DNA of 64,000 nucleotides from a candidate division WOR-3 bacterium (GTDB lineage Bacteria; Hydrothermota; 32-111): NCBI GenBank assembly GCA_037481815.1, contig JBBFKX010000002.1, positions 352,001 to 416,000 of the forward strand, read 5' to 3'. Shown piece by piece: positions 10,073 to 19,294 of this stretch (position 1 is its first letter; each line of letters starts with the position of its first letter). The notes under the pieces were generated by a model. It saw only the letters and a program-made list of their open reading frames with translations, ran no database searches and was not told where the DNA came from. The position numbers and the translations under genes were made by a program.

Positions 10073-11013
10073 ATATCCTCCAAACTTTTCAGATCAATTT
10101 TCTTAAAAATTTTTTCAGATATTTCATAAGGTGAAATATCTTTATCTTTTGTATTTTCTATAATTTTTAACTCCCTGTCAATACTTTTTATAAACATATC
10201 TCTTAAAATATCTCTCACCTCTTTATTTTTTCTTATCTTTCTCTTTCTTTCTATTATTCCGTTTTCAATAAAAGTTTTTTTCAAATTTTCAATCTCTTCA
10301 ACAAGTTTATCGATATTCTGATCATCTTTTGCTGAAACATTGATAACCGGTGGAAGAATCTCTTTATCTTTTGTTTTCATCTGTAAAATCGATTTTATGT
10401 ATTCAGATGTTTTTTCTGCACCATCTCTATCAGATTTGTTAACAATAAAAATATCGCCTATCTCCATAATTCCTGCTTTCATCGCCTGAATCGAATCTCC
10501 CGATTCAGGAACAAGCACTACAATGACAAGGTCAGTAATCTCCATAACATCAAGTTCAGATTGTCCAACACCAACCGTTTCAACAAGGATCAAATCTGTT
10601 CCAAAGATTTCAAGAACCTGTAGAATATTTTCAGTTGAAGAGGATAACCCCCCAAGAGAACCTCTTGATGCAACCGATCTCATGTAAACATTATCAAACC
10701 TGTACAGATTCTCCATCCTCAACCTATCACCGAGTATCGCTCCTCCCGTAAAGGGACTCGACGGATCTACTGCTAAAATAGATAGATGATTATACTTTCT
10801 GGCAAACCTTTCAACGAGTTTGTTCACCAGAGTTGATTTCCCTACTCCCGGTGGACCAGTGATACCAACTCTAAAACTTTCTTTTCTTTCCTTATAATAC
10901 CTTTTCAAAAATTCGATCCCTTCTGGAGTTTCATTATCAACGAGTGTGATAATTTTTGCAAGTGTAACCCTATCTTTTTCTTTTAATTTTTGAAAAAGAT
11001 TTTCAATATGCAT
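10057..11013 (-). CDS. meaB: MeaB/ArgK mutase-associated GTPase
   Basis: [45 protein letters not shown]. Confidence 0.93.
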
Positions 11014-11528
11014 CAGAATTCGATCCCGTCTCTAGCGTTTACACCTTTTTTAAAATAATGTTTGATCTCTTTCATTTCAGTTACAAGATCCGCATTCTCT
11101 ATAATCTTCTTGGTAGCACCTCTGCCTGTCAAAACAAGTTCCACATCGGTTGGTTTATTTTTCATAATGTCAACAACAACACTTTCATCAACCATTTTAA
11201 ATAGAACCGCTACAAGGATTTCATCGAGTATAACAATATCAAAAAGACCTGAAAAAATAATTTCTTTGCTTTTTTCAATACCCTTGTTTACAAGATCTAT
11301 CTCTTCAGTTTTGAGGTTTTTGGGATCTATAAAATAAGGAAAACCAAATTGAAGAAAAGTAATTTTTTTTGAAAGGAACAGATATTCTCCATAGGTTTCA
11401 CTTTTTTTTAAAAATTGAACGATTGCCACTTTTTTACCTTTTCCCAAAGCTCTTATCGCAAGTCCTAAAGCGGCAGTAGTTTTTCCTTTACCATTCCCGG
11501 TATAAACCTGTATATATCCTTTTTCCAT
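11013..11528 (-). CDS. cobO: Cob(I)yrinic acid a,c-diamide adenosyltransferase (CobO/BtuR)
   Basis: YTGNGKGKTTAALGLA, VQFLK, LDE, LTGR, ADLVTEM...GIEF. Confidence 0.92.
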   Translation of the reverse strand: MEKGYIQVYTGNGKGKTTAALGLAIRALGKGKKVAIVQFLKKSETYGEYLFLSKKITFLQFGFPYFIDPKNLKTEEIDLVNKGIEKSKEIIFSGLFDIVILDEILVAVLFKMVDESVVVDIMKNKPTDVELVLTGRGATKKIIENADLVTEMKEIKHYFKKGVNARDGIEF

Positions 11529-11535
11529 TTATATT

Positions 11536-11778
11536 TTACAACTCATCTACCGGAACACCGAGTTGAGTTGATGATTCAAGGTAAGGTGAAAATTCAAGGA
11601 TGAAATCCATGGCTTTTTCTTCGTTCGGTGCTTCAAAGATGAGATAAAAATCTGGTTTTCCAAACATCTGAAGGAAATGAAGTATTTTTATATCATCTGG
11701 TGGAGTTATCTTTTTTACAAGTTCCAACGCTTTATCTGTATTACCCGGTATTATTTCAAGTGTTGAAACAAATATCAT
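11536..11778 (-). CDS. Small ferredoxin-like-fold protein (GYD-like)
   Basis: GKPDFYLIFEAPNEE motif; translationally coupled to gcvPA. Confidence 0.5.
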   Translation of the reverse strand: MIFVSTLEIIPGNTDKALELVKKITPPDDIKILHFLQMFGKPDFYLIFEAPNEEKAMDFILEFSPYLESSTQLGVPVDEL

Positions 11779-13115
11779 ACTACCTCTTTTAAATTTTTTA
11801 TTAAAAGATCTATCTCCTCTTTACTCCTTTTTTCAGTTGAAGCGATCAAAAGAATATCTTTGTAATCTTTTGAAAATCTTTCAAGGTTTACACCTATCAA
11901 AAATCCTCTTGTTTTCATCTTTTTGTATACATCGTTCAAACCTTTTATCTTTACTGGGAACTCGTTGAAGAACTCTTTTTGATCATATAAAATTTCAACA
12001 CCTTTTACCTCTTTCAATCTTTCTTTCAAATAATGTGCTGAAAGTAAAGAATCGGTGCTAACCTTTTTCAAACCTTTCTTGCCAAGCGATGAAAGGTAAA
12101 CTGTTGCCATAAGCATACAGAGCCCTTCATTTGTGCATATGTTAGAAGTTGCTTTTTCTCTTTTGATGTGTTGTTCTCGTGTTTGCAGTGTCATAACAAA
12201 AGCTTCTTTCCCGTTCTTGTCCTTTGTTCTTGCGATTATTCTTCCAGGCATATTTCTTATATATTCTTTTCTACTTGTAAATATCCCAAGAAGTGGTCCA
12301 CCAAAACTCTGCTCTATCCCAAACACCTGGCCTTCTCCAACAGCTATATCCGCTCCCATATCACCTGCTGGTTTCAGAATTGGGAGAGTCATTGGATTTT
12401 GATTAACAATAAACATAACTCCTTTTTCTTTAACAATCTTTCCAATTCTTTCCCCATCCTCTATCAATCCAAAAAAGTTCGGTGTTTGCAATACAAAAGC
12501 AGCATATGAATCGTCAAGTTTCTTTTCAAGTTGTTCAATATCGACTGTTCCATCCTTCAGATCAACAAAATCACAATGTATATTTTGCCCTTTAAGATAC
12601 GTATGAACAACTTCAAGAATCTTTACATTCACTCCTTTTGAAATTAAAACTTTTTCTTTCCCTTTTATCGACATTGCCATATGACATGCTTCAGCAGTTG
12701 CTGTTGCTCCATCGTACATCGACGCGTTTGCAACATCCATCTTAAAAAGTTCACAAACCATCGATTGATACTCATAAATCGATTGTAATGTCCCTTGAGA
12801 AACTTCAGGTTGATATGGGGTATACGCTGTGTAAAATTCAGGTCTTGAAATTATATGCTTTATAACTGGTGGTATATAATGATCATAGATGCCACATCCC
12901 ATAAAGGAAATATAATCTTCTGTTGTTTTGTTCTTTTCTGCAATCTTTTTCACCTCTTTCAGAAGTTGGTATTCAGAAATCCCTTCATCGAGTTCTTCGA
13001 GTTCACTTTTTAGATTATCTGGAATATGTTTTATCAACTCATCAAAACTTTTTACCCCGATCTCATTTAAAAGTTCATTTTTCTTTTTTTCATCAGAAGG
13101 TATATACTTTTTCAT
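11775..13115 (-). CDS. gcvPA: Glycine dehydrogenase subunit 1
   Basis: EFYTAYTPYQPEVSQGTLQ, NASMYDGATA, LQTREQHIKREKATSNICTN. Confidence 0.95.
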   Translation of the reverse strand: MKKYIPSDEKKKNELLNEIGVKSFDELIKHIPDNLKSELEELDEGISEYQLLKEVKKIAEKNKTTEDYISFMGCGIYDHYIPPVIKHIISRPEFYTAYTPYQPEVSQGTLQSIYEYQSMVCELFKMDVANASMYDGATATAEACHMAMSIKGKEKVLISKGVNVKILEVVHTYLKGQNIHCDFVDLKDGTVDIEQLEKKLDDSYAAFVLQTPNFFGLIEDGERIGKIVKEKGVMFIVNQNPMTLPILKPAGDMGADIAVGEGQVFGIEQSFGGPLLGIFTSRKEYIRNMPGRIIARTKDKNGKEAFVMTLQTREQHIKREKATSNICTNEGLCMLMATVYLSSLGKKGLKKVSTDSLLSAHYLKERLKEVKGVEILYDQKEFFNEFPVKIKGLNDVYKKMKTRGFLIGVNLERFSKDYKDILLIASTEKRSKEEIDLLIKNLKEVV

Positions 13116-13124
13116 AATTTCCTC

Positions 13125-13514
13125 TTAATGATGGCTTTCCTCACAATGTTTTTCATATTCTTTGCTTCCCATAAGATTGTTCAACTCGTCAAGATTTTCT
13201 GGTTTTATCTTCACGATCCATCCTTCTCCATAGGGATCCTCATTTATCTTGTTTGGAGAATCGTTTAAATTTTTGTTGACCTCGATTATTTCACCTGAAA
13301 CACCAGCAACAAGATCGGAAACAGCTTTTACTGCTTCTATAGTTCCTATCACATCCCCTGCTTTGACTTTTCTTCCAACTTCAGGAAGTTCAACAAATGC
13401 GATATCTGAAAGTTCTGATTGTGCAAAATCTGTTATCCCTTCAACGCATATTCCATTTTCAACTCTGATCCATTCGTGAGTTTTTGTATATTTTAGATCA
13501 TCAAGAAGTTTCAT
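13125..13514 (-). CDS. gcvH: Glycine cleavage H protein
   Basis: YTKTHEWI, GITDFAQ, lipoyl site EAVKA, INEDPYGEGW. Confidence 0.95.
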   Translation of the reverse strand: MKLLDDLKYTKTHEWIRVENGICVEGITDFAQSELSDIAFVELPEVGRKVKAGDVIGTIEAVKAVSDLVAGVSGEIIEVNKNLNDSPNKINEDPYGEGWIVKIKPENLDELNNLMGSKEYEKHCEESHH

Positions 13515-13522
13515 ATATCCTC

Positions 13523-14623
13523 CTATTTATGTGTTCCATTCTTATAAAATGGGGGTTTGACTATAACTGCTTTTTTCATTCCTCTAATGTCTATTTCGAT
13601 TTCCTGTCCTATCTTTGTAAACGGAAGGTTAACATATCCAAGACCGATATACTTGTCTATCGATGGAGAGTAGTTTCCACTTGTGACAAAACCGACTTCT
13701 TTTCCATCAACAAAAATTTTATAGTTGTGTCTTGGAATACCTTTATCCATCATTTCAAAACAGACAAGTTTTCTTTTTAAGCCATCCTCTTTCTGTTTTA
13801 TCAAAGCATCTCTTCCGATGAAATTTCCCTTTTCAAGTTTTACACACCAGCCGATCCCCGCTTCGAGTGGAGTTGTATTCTGATCGATGTCGTTACCATA
13901 AAGCATATACCTCATCTCCAATCTTAAAGTATCCCTCGCTGCAAGCCCTATAGGTTCGATTCCAAACTCTTCTCCTGCTTTAAAAATTTCGTTCCAGATT
14001 TTTTCCGCATTCTCTTTGTAAAAGTAAAGTTCAAATCCATCCTCACCAGTGTAACCTGTTCTGGAAATAACCATGTCTATGCCACAGACCTTTGTCTCAG
14101 CAGAATAATAAAATCCCATCTTTTCAAGTTGAAAATCGGTAAGTTTTTGTATAACCTTTTCAGCAACAGGTCCCTGAACAGCGAGTTGGGCTATTCTGTC
14201 GGAAATATTCTCAACCTCAACATCATCCCATTTGTTTTTCATTATCCATTCATAATCTTTATCAGTATTTGATGCGTTAACAACAAGCATTATTTCATTC
14301 TTTAAATTGTAAACAAGAAGATCATCAACTATTCCTCCATTCTCATAAAGCATATTTGAATATTGTACCTGATTCTCCTCCAAAGACATAACCGAGTTTG
14401 TAGTTATATAATCCACAAACTCCTTTCTTTTTTCTCCCCTGACAATTATTTCTCCCATGTGAGACACATCAAAAACTCCAACTGTTGTTCTCACTTTTTT
14501 GATCTCTTCAATAACGCCTTTAAACTGCACGGGCATTTCATATCCTGCAAAAGGGACGATTTTCCCATTATTTTTTACATGAAAATTATAAAAAGGTGTC
14601 CTTTTTAACAATTTTACCTCCAT
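13523..14623 (-). CDS. gcvT: Aminomethyltransferase (true start may be TTG 14611)
   Basis: [41 protein letters not shown]. Confidence 0.95.
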   Translation of the reverse strand: MEVKLLKRTPFYNFHVKNNGKIVPFAGYEMPVQFKGVIEEIKKVRTTVGVFDVSHMGEIIVRGEKRKEFVDYITTNSVMSLEENQVQYSNMLYENGGIVDDLLVYNLKNEIMLVVNASNTDKDYEWIMKNKWDDVEVENISDRIAQLAVQGPVAEKVIQKLTDFQLEKMGFYYSAETKVCGIDMVISRTGYTGEDGFELYFYKENAEKIWNEIFKAGEEFGIEPIGLAARDTLRLEMRYMLYGNDIDQNTTPLEAGIGWCVKLEKGNFIGRDALIKQKEDGLKRKLVCFEMMDKGIPRHNYKIFVDGKEVGFVTSGNYSPSIDKYIGLGYVNLPFTKIGQEIEIDIRGMKKAVIVKPPFYKNGTHK

Positions 14624-14724
14624 TGAAAAAATTGATTTTTATTATACAACTTTATTCAAATTATTCAAGGGAGAGCAGTTGAAAATTTTTTTGAAATTTT
14701 TAAAATATAAAAAAGGAGTTTTTA

Positions 14725-15966
14725 ATGAAATTTTTACTTTTAACAATAATCATCCTTAAAAACATTTTCGTTTTCTTTCTTAACATCAAAGAAAAATTGT
14801 ATATACAAAAACATTCAAAAAATATACCTGAAAATTTTAAAGATGTTCTCGATGAGAGTAAATTCTCGATATCAAACAGTTACAACATAGAAAAATTAAA
14901 TTTTTCAAACATTTCTCTGATCTTTTCTCAAACGATATTGTTAATCTTTATCTTCTCACCACTTTTAAACCTTTTTTCAAGTTATTTTGATAAACTTAAT
15001 ACGATATATATACTCAAATCACTATCCTTTTTTTCTTTTCTAATAATAATTTCTACACTTTTCAGTTTACCTTTCGATTTTTACTTTCATTTCAAAATTG
15101 AAAAAAAATATGGATTCTTAAAATACAAAATTTCCGGTTGGCTAAAAGATAAGTTGAAAGAGTTGTTGATCAATCTTGTTCTTACAAACATTTTCGTTTT
15201 AGTCCTCATAGGAATAGTAGGAAAGAATTTTTATTTTTCTCCCTTAAAAATTTTAGGTATTACAATTATTTTTGTGTTCCTTTTAGTTCTATTCACATTT
15301 ATTGTCCCTATCATTTTGATACCGTTTATGTACAAAACTGAAAAACTCAAAGACGAAAAACTTATGTCAAAAATCAAAGAACTGATAGAAAAGTCAGGTT
15401 ATACCTTCGATGGTGTTTATGTGATAAGGGAGAGTGAAAAATCAACTCATTCGAATGCAATGTTTACAGGTATCGGAATAAAAAAAAGGGTTATTCTTTT
15501 TGACAATCTCCTTTCAAAATTTTCTGAAGATGAGATTTTGGGTGTTGTTGCACATGAGATCGGACATGGAAAACTTGCTCATATAAAAAAATTTTTGATT
15601 CTGAATATAGTTGCGATTTTCCTTTTCATCATAGCATCCTTTTCAATACTTTCCAATGATTACATCTATAAAATTTTTAGTGTTCCCTTAAACTCATTCA
15701 CTGGGATATTTTTACTCTCCATTTTAACTTCAGAGTTAATCCTGTATTTTTTCAATCCTCTTTTAAATTCTATTTCAAGAAGGTTTGAATTTGAGGCAGA
15801 CAATTTCTCAAAAAATTTAATGAAAGATAAAACGCCGATAATAAAAGCATTGAAAAAACTTGCTTTTGAAGAGTTATCCAGTATAAATGTTGATCCTGTC
15901 TATGAATTTTTCTATTATTCACATCCAACTCTTGAAAAGAGAATATTGAATTTACAAAAAGATTAA
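14725..15966 (+). CDS. M48 family (Ste24/CAAX-like) membrane metalloprotease
   Basis: Multiple TM segments; SNAMFTG, AHEIGH (HExxH), EFEAD, YSHPTLEKRI. Confidence 0.92.
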   Translation: MKFLLLTIIILKNIFVFFLNIKEKLYIQKHSKNIPENFKDVLDESKFSISNSYNIEKLNFSNISLIFSQTILLIFIFSPLLNLFSSYFDKLNTIYILKSLSFFSFLIIISTLFSLPFDFYFHFKIEKKYGFLKYKISGWLKDKLKELLINLVLTNIFVLVLIGIVGKNFYFSPLKILGITIIFVFLLVLFTFIVPIILIPFMYKTEKLKDEKLMSKIKELIEKSGYTFDGVYVIRESEKSTHSNAMFTGIGIKKRVILFDNLLSKFSEDEILGVVAHEIGHGKLAHIKKFLILNIVAIFLFIIASFSILSNDYIYKIFSVPLNSFTGIFLLSILTSELILYFFNPLLNSISRRFEFEADNFSKNLMKDKTPIIKALKKLAFEELSSINVDPVYEFFYYSHPTLEKRILNLQKD

Positions 15967-16441
15967 GGACCAACATGTATCATTGGAACATCATTACTGT
16001 AATCTTCAAATTTTAAACTATTCTCCCTTTCAAGTTGAAGAATCGAATAATGTATCATCTCCATGGATGAAAAGAATTTTAGCATTTTGGATGTTTTTTG
16101 ATCGTCAGCAAAAACTCTTGAAAGTTCCTGATAAAAATTGTGTGCAGCAAGTTCACTTTCCATCGCTTCATAAAGTATATCACTCAAAGGTTTGTTTGGA
16201 GAGGATATATCAACTTTAGGAAGTGGAACTATATCATCAACAGGGAGTACTATCTCTTTCAGATAAGTTTTTTTATAAAATTCTTCAAAATATTTTTTAT
16301 GTTTTTCTTCTTCATTCGCAAGGAATTTTAATCTTTCTTTCAAAAAAGCGTTTTTTATCCTTTGAGCGAGTTGATTGTATATGTTCATTGAATCTATTTC
16401 ATTCTTTAATGCAAAAAGGATTAGATCCTCTCTCTTTATTT
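15821..16441 (+). repeat. Direct repeat copy 1 (621 bp)
   Basis: Matches 18175-18795 at offset 2354; 3 substitutions seen (15834, 15852, 15993). Confidence 0.95.
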
Positions 16442-16493
16442 AAATGATATTCATCTTTTTTTATAAAAAATGTTTATTACAATGCACTCTTAT
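15963..16493 (-). pseudogene. Truncated, decayed duplicate of the 3' part of the desulfoferrodoxin-rubrerythrin gene
   Basis: ORF 15963-16388 is protein-identical to the C-terminus of 18317-19180. Upstream in frame it reads IRVHCNKHFL*KKMNII*IKRED versus VRAYCNIHGLWRRMNIDEIKRED (stops at 16440-42 and 16461-63). Confidence 0.85.
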
Positions 16494-16571
16494 TGATAGA
16501 TCCAACAACATATATTTTTAATTAATCAAGTAAAAGAAATGATAATGTTAAACTCTATTAGTTTTTTATAG

Positions 16572-17093
16572 TTATTTTACTTTTTGATTTTTTACTTTTA
16601 TCCAATAAAATAGATAATTTGAAAATAGTAAGAGAATAACCAAAAACAAATAAATCCAAATTGATTTTTGTGTGAATTCATAAAAATATTTACCGGGATA
16701 ATATATAGTCAAAATTATTATGCTTAAAAATGTTGATAAAAATATAAGAACAAAGGTTAAAATAAAAAGAATATTATAATTAATCTGTTTTTGAAATTTT
16801 CCTTTTATATTTTTAAAATCTATAAAAAAAGGAAAAATCATCGAAAAAACTAATACAAAAATAATGAATATGGAATAAACTGAAAGAACAAGATTTTTGA
16901 AAAATAAAAAATTTTTTGAAAAATCAAGATTAAGTTTTTTTTTAAAATTATCCATTTGATCAACATTTGAAATACTAATGTTATATATACTGTTATCAAT
17001 GCTATATATTTTAAAAATAAGTAAACCAAATAAAATTTGATACCACAAAAAAATGACAAAAATTAATATGAAAAGTATTATCATCTTTTTCAT
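16572..17093 (-). CDS. Small multi-pass membrane protein (candidate immunity/accessory protein)
   Basis: About 4 hydrophobic segments. ATG 17093 follows GGGAG; ORF track starts at 17111. Confidence 0.65.
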   Translation of the reverse strand: MKKMIILFILIFVIFLWYQILFGLLIFKIYSIDNSIYNISISNVDQMDNFKKKLNLDFSKNFLFFKNLVLSVYSIFIIFVLVFSMIFPFFIDFKNIKGKFQKQINYNILFILTFVLIFLSTFLSIIILTIYYPGKYFYEFTQKSIWIYLFLVILLLFSNYLFYWIKVKNQKVK

Positions 17094-17098
17094 AATTA

Positions 17099-17914
17099 TC
17101 ACTCCCACCATTCACTTAAAAAACATTTTGTTTTACACACAGTATAACAAAAAGAAAGACATTCTCCTGTTTCGTCCTCATCACTATGATAACAAGTCGC
17201 TGCACAAGGATCATAGCAATTTGCAAAGCAAATTAGAAATTTATTTATTGCCGTAGAATTTGGTATAATATATACATCGCTTATAGGTAAAGTTCCAAGT
17301 GAAAAATAAAATTGATTTGATGTGGTTGTAAAAATTGAATAATCTGGATATAAAATATTAGTGTTTATAGGTGATGTCTCGCTCTTATTTACAATAACTG
17401 TTGACGAATCCATAATAAAATCTAATTCAGAATTCATTATAGAATATGATTCCAATTTTATCCACATTTTTTTATCACTATTTTTTTGAATAAGAATAAC
17501 TATTTCAGATTTATAATTTCTATCTTTTGAATTAAAAGGAATATTAACAGAATAAAAAGTATCATTCCATATAGGACAATATACTTTAATTATTTCCTTT
17601 TTTTCAAAACTCTGAACAAATCCACTCTCTTTCATTAATCTTTTAATTTGTTCCCATGAATCTGAAGAAACTATGTTAGCAAAAATCATTGTTTCTTCTT
17701 TCTTTTCTAAATCCAATATCAAAAAAGTATCACATAAAGCACAACTATCTGCATAGACCTCTGTTTTGATAATAACTTTGGGTCCAAAATTATTTTCCAT
17801 GTTTAGCGAACAATTTGATAAAAGCAATAATAATGTTGATAGAACTATTACAATCAACACAAAATTACTAATTTTTTTTATTAGAAATAAAAAACTGCTA
17901 ATCGTTATTTTCAT
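17099..17914 (-). CDS. Putative lipoprotein with C-terminal 8-Cys (Cx3C) domain
   Basis: SD AGGAGG; lipobox-like LSNC at residue ~35; CALC; C-terminus CFANCYDPCAATCYHSDEDETGECLSFCYTVCKTKC. Confidence 0.75.
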   Translation of the reverse strand: MKITISSFLFLIKKISNFVLIVIVLSTLLLLLSNCSLNMENNFGPKVIIKTEVYADSCALCDTFLILDLEKKEETMIFANIVSSDSWEQIKRLMKESGFVQSFEKKEIIKVYCPIWNDTFYSVNIPFNSKDRNYKSEIVILIQKNSDKKMWIKLESYSIMNSELDFIMDSSTVIVNKSETSPINTNILYPDYSIFTTTSNQFYFSLGTLPISDVYIIPNSTAINKFLICFANCYDPCAATCYHSDEDETGECLSFCYTVCKTKCFLSEWWE

Positions 17915-18020
17915 ATCACCTCCTATTTATTGTTTCTTGTTTTTTTAAAACCAGTTCTTTTTTATTCCCCACTTTTTTAAATGTTAATTTAAAATAAAAA
18001 AAAATCAATATTTTTTGTTT

Positions 18021-18058
18021 TTTATACCCGAAAGGATTTGAACTTTCAACCAGTGGAA
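18021..18058 (-). pseudogene. Degenerate fragment of tRNA-Arg(CCG) 3' half
   Basis: tttatacccgaaaggatttgaactttcaaccagtggaa versus 5191-5228 tttacacccgaaaggatttgaaccttcaacctgcggaa: 34/38 identical. Confidence 0.85.
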
Positions 18059-18174
18059 TTTAAATTTCTCGATATTTTAATAATAAGACCATAAAAATAT
18101 TTTGTAAATATTTTTATTATTACCAGAATTCAAATTAAAGATAGCAAAATTTTTTCTTTCTTTCTAAATTAATT

Positions 18175-18795
18175 TGAAAGATAAAACACCGATAATAAAA
18201 GCATTAAAAAAACTTGCTTTTGAAGAGTTATCCAGTATAAATGTTGATCCTGTCTATGAATTTTTCTATTATTCACATCCAACTCTTGAAAAGAGAATAT
18301 TGAATTTACAAAAAGATTAAGGACCAACATGTATCATTGGAACATCGTTACTGTAATCTTCAAATTTTAAACTATTCTCCCTTTCAAGTTGAAGAATCGA
18401 ATAATGTATCATCTCCATGGATGAAAAGAATTTTAGCATTTTGGATGTTTTTTGATCGTCAGCAAAAACTCTTGAAAGTTCCTGATAAAAATTGTGTGCA
18501 GCAAGTTCACTTTCCATCGCTTCATAAAGTATATCACTCAAAGGTTTGTTTGGAGAGGATATATCAACTTTAGGAAGTGGAACTATATCATCAACAGGGA
18601 GTACTATCTCTTTCAGATAAGTTTTTTTATAAAATTCTTCAAAATATTTTTTATGTTTTTCTTCTTCATTCGCAAGGAATTTTAATCTTTCTTTCAAAAA
18701 AGCGTTTTTTATCCTTTGAGCGAGTTGATTGTATATGTTCATTGAATCTATTTCATTCTTTAATGCAAAAAGGATTAGATCCTCTCTCTTTATTT
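18175..18795 (+). repeat. Direct repeat copy 2 (621 bp), with orphan 3' end of the M48 gene
   Basis: Matches 15821-16441. Confidence 0.95.
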
Positions 18796-19180
18796 CGTCT
18801 ATATTCATCCTTCTCCATAGTCCATGTATATTACAATATGCTCTAACACTTTTTATTTTAAAACTTTTTGGTAATATATAAACTGGTTTTTCATCGATAT
18901 TGAAAAATTTTTTTATACTCTCTTTATCTGTATTTATTTCTAACCATTCGATATGATGTTCTTTCGTCATCGGATGTTCAACTTCGCCAACAGATATTTC
19001 AAAAAAACCATTTTTTTCTTTTATGAATGGTAGATGTTTTTCCATTCCTTCATCTTTATTTTTCGATTCCTCTTTCAACATAACTTTTCCACAACAAATG
19101 ATTTCTCCATCTCCTTCCCTTAAAATTTCAACTACATTATTACATACAGAACACCTTAAGATATCTTTTTTTATATCCAT
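18317..19180 (-). CDS. Desulfoferrodoxin (2Fe superoxide reductase) fused to rubrerythrin/ferritin-like domain
   Basis: CSVC...CCG; EKH, HPMTKEHHI, CNIH; C-terminal E/ExxH di-iron helices (EEKH, EMIH). ATG 19180 follows GAGGAGG; promoter TTGATA-17-TATAAT at 19230-19202. Confidence 0.88.
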   Translation of the reverse strand: MDIKKDILRCSVCNNVVEILREGDGEIICCGKVMLKEESKNKDEGMEKHLPFIKEKNGFFEISVGEVEHPMTKEHHIEWLEINTDKESIKKFFNIDEKPVYILPKSFKIKSVRAYCNIHGLWRRMNIDEIKREDLILFALKNEIDSMNIYNQLAQRIKNAFLKERLKFLANEEEKHKKYFEEFYKKTYLKEIVLPVDDIVPLPKVDISSPNKPLSDILYEAMESELAAHNFYQELSRVFADDQKTSKMLKFFSSMEMIHYSILQLERENSLKFEDYSNDVPMIHVGP

Positions 19181-19294
19181 CTCTCCTCCTCTTTTAAAAT
19201 TATTATAATTCAAAATGTAATCTATATCAAGGTTAGGGTTGTATTTTTACAAAAATTAACTATATTAAAATAATATCATTTTAAAGGAGTGAAA

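Larger units (their letters stand above)
16442..18174. mobile_element. Putative horizontally acquired ~1.7 kb cassette (no mobility gene)
   Basis: Bounded by the 621-bp direct repeats, visibly more AT-rich than flanks, two orphan ORFs, tRNA 3' fragment. Confidence 0.55.

Noticed and set aside
15963..16388. 141-aa ORF as an independent rubrerythrin gene
   Set aside because: It is the duplicated 3' part of 18317-19180. It lacks the first helix (in-frame TAA at 16440-42) and has no SD; treated as a pseudogene.
18021..18058. Second functional tRNA
   Set aside because: Only the T-arm and acceptor 3' strand are present; no D-arm or intact anticodon arm.
16442..18174. IS, transposon or prophage
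   Set aside because: No transposase, integrase, phage gene or terminal inverted repeats seen.
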